From positions 1-25,450 of the IMG/VR virus record IMGVR_UViG_3300020042_001908: 25,450 nucleotides of DNA. One strand, 5' to 3'. Source of the DNA: a virus (lineage: Duplodnaviria; Caudoviricetes). Below are positions 24,048 to 25,450 of the stretch, piece after piece. The notes beneath the pieces are model-generated. The model worked only from the letters and a program-made list of their open reading frames with translations. It did no database searches and was not told the DNA's origin. How positions within the stretch are numbered: the first letter of the stretch is position 1; every line of letters begins with the position of its first letter. A program made the position numbers and the translations under genes.

Positions 24048-24053
24048 TATCAC

Positions 24054-24082
24054 ATTCTCGCCCTTTTTCAGTTATCTGACAA
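24054..24082 (-). promoter_or_regulatory. putative internal promoter for scaffold/coat
   Basis: TTGTCA, 17 bp, GAGAAT; predicted start near 24047. Confidence 0.5.
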
Positions 24083-25450
24083 CAGGCTGAATGATTTGTC
24101 CTTGCAAAATTTCTTGCACAGCCTCGGCATTTGTGAGCGCCATGTTCTGCGCGGTCTCATCGACCTTGCCCAAAGTCTCCAGCGTTTGAGCGCGTTTGAG
24201 TTCTGCGCTGGCCACGGTTTCGACGGTGTCGGCTCTGGCTTTGGCTGCCTTGGCAGTTGCTTCCTCGGCTGCGGCTTGCAGGTACATGGCATTCGGGTCT
24301 TGCGGCTTGCCTTGCATTTCGGCCATGAGTTCTTCGGCTTCCATGTCGGTCGGCTTGACCACGCCCATGCGCAGGAGCTTCTTGCGGAAGTAGGCATTGG
24401 CATCGCCCACGCCTTCGCCTTCCATGTTCATCATGGCCATTGCGGTCAGCACCTGGGCTGTCTCTGGGTCTTGAGTGATCTGGAGCATGCCGGTCAAGGC
24501 GCGAACAGTTGCCTGTCGCTTGGTGCTGCTCGATGGTCCAACGTCTGCGATCACATCGAATGTGGCGCTGGTCAGATCGTTGGCCATGACCACTTCGCCA
24601 GTTTCCTGATCGATGGTTGGCTGCATCAACTCGACCAAGCCAGCCTCGCCAGTTGGCGCGATGGTCTTCATCTTGCGCTTGTCCTCGGTGTAGATGTCCT
24701 TGGCCATCGACAACCAGATTTCACCGCATCGCTTCATGCCCTTGGCAAAGTTGCTCATGTAGATGAAGGCTTGGCCATCGACTCGAGCCTGAATCATCTC
24801 CACGGCCTTGCCTGAGATATTGCTGACCATCTTGTCTGCACCTTGCGGATTGCCCAAGATGTCCTGCATGTCGGTCTCTGTGATCTGCAAGAGCGCGGCC
24901 ATTGCCGGTGGGATGGCTGCCGATCTGGTGTAGGCCACAGGGCCAGACACTGCCTGGTTGCCGTTCTGGTCTGTGATCGGGTTGATCAGCAGGTATGGAT
25001 AGTCCTTGAGGTTGTCCTCGGCCCACATGACTTGGTGGCCAGCGACCTGCTCAGGCGTGAGGATTGGCTTCTCGACTGACGACAATGCGCTGATCTCGCC
25101 CAGCTTCGAGAGCTGCATGTTCTTGAGGCGTTGGGCATCCTTGGCCAGACGCACATGGCCCATGCATCGCTCGACGTTATCGACAAACCATCGCTTGCCG
25201 TAGACGACAACGATTGGGATGCACTTGCCTGCGATGTAGCCTGCATCTTCAAGCACCTTGCCACCGGACATGATGTACTTGCGAACTCGCTTGGTCTTGA
25301 TTCTGCGCTGGCGCACTTCGACTGTGCCAATGGCTGCCAGAGTTTCTTCCAGCATTTCATCATTGTCGAAGTCTGCTTTGGTGTAGCGCTCTTCCTCGCC
25401 TGTGATGGTTTGGAAGATGCGGATGGTCTCGGTCTTTTCCTCGACCTTTT
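24072..25450 (-). CDS. portal protein (P22 gp1-like), 5' part outside the window
   Basis: Frame is open to the window edge; IPIVVVYG.R....E...G.VRLAKDAQRL.NMQ.S, SGKAV, DVGPS..T.RQ motifs; helical C-terminal barrel. Confidence 0.93.
   Translation of the reverse strand, partial: KVEEKTETIRIFQTITGEEERYTKADFDNDEMLEETLAAIGTVEVRQRRIKTKRVRKYIMSGGKVLEDAGYIAGKCIPIVVVYGKRWFVDNVERCMGHVRLAKDAQRLKNMQLSKLGEISALSSVEKPILTPEQVAGHQVMWAEDNLKDYPYLLINPITDQNGNQAVSGPVAYTRSAAIPPAMAALLQITETDMQDILGNPQGADKMVSNISGKAVEMIQARVDGQAFIYMSNFAKGMKRCGEIWLSMAKDIYTEDKRKMKTIAPTGEAGLVELMQPTIDQETGEVVMANDLTSATFDVIADVGPSSSTKRQATVRALTGMLQITQDPETAQVLTAMAMMNMEGEGVGDANAYFRKKLLRMGVVKPTDMEAEELMAEMQGKPQDPNAMYLQAAAEEATAKAAKARADTVETVASAELKRAQTLETLGKVDETAQNMALTNAEAVQEILQGQIIQPVVR

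Overview
The window is part of a tailed dsDNA bacteriophage genome with P22-like podovirus morphogenesis genes. The host is probably an aquatic betaproteobacterium (inference only). Two arms converge at about 6.0 kb. The + strand arm (1-6041) encodes the 3' end of a Cas4-like/PD-(D/E)XK nuclease, a free-standing HNH endonuclease, an SF2 helicase, a VRR-NUC nuclease, an Arc-like ribbon-helix-helix (RHH) regulator and many small accessory genes. The - strand arm (25450 to 6032) encodes, in order: portal (partial), scaffold, coat, small basic proteins, gp4- and gp10-like tail proteins, a needle-like protein, two paralogous beta-rich proteins, a Cys-rich protein, a DDxxD protein, three ejection proteins, a tailspike, tail accessory genes and an unusually long lysis cluster ending in an M15A peptidase endolysin. 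Main observations: (1) the HNH gene appears to have invaded the 5' end of the helicase gene, leaving the original first 16 codons stranded upstream and supplying a recoded replacement 5' segment, with its own promoter inside a hairpin; (2) the lysis cluster has a T4 gpT-like holin (one TM segment plus a periplasmic GAF-like domain) beside a 3-TM holin and small candidate regulators, suggesting a lysis-inhibition-like system in a podovirus; (3) a 31-bp RBS/start/stop direct repeat brackets an excisable two-gene cassette; (4) an H-type pseudoknot lies in the scaffold-gene leader, and three internal promoters share a GAnAAT -10 box. All family assignments come from motif recognition, gene order and recall, not from database searches.
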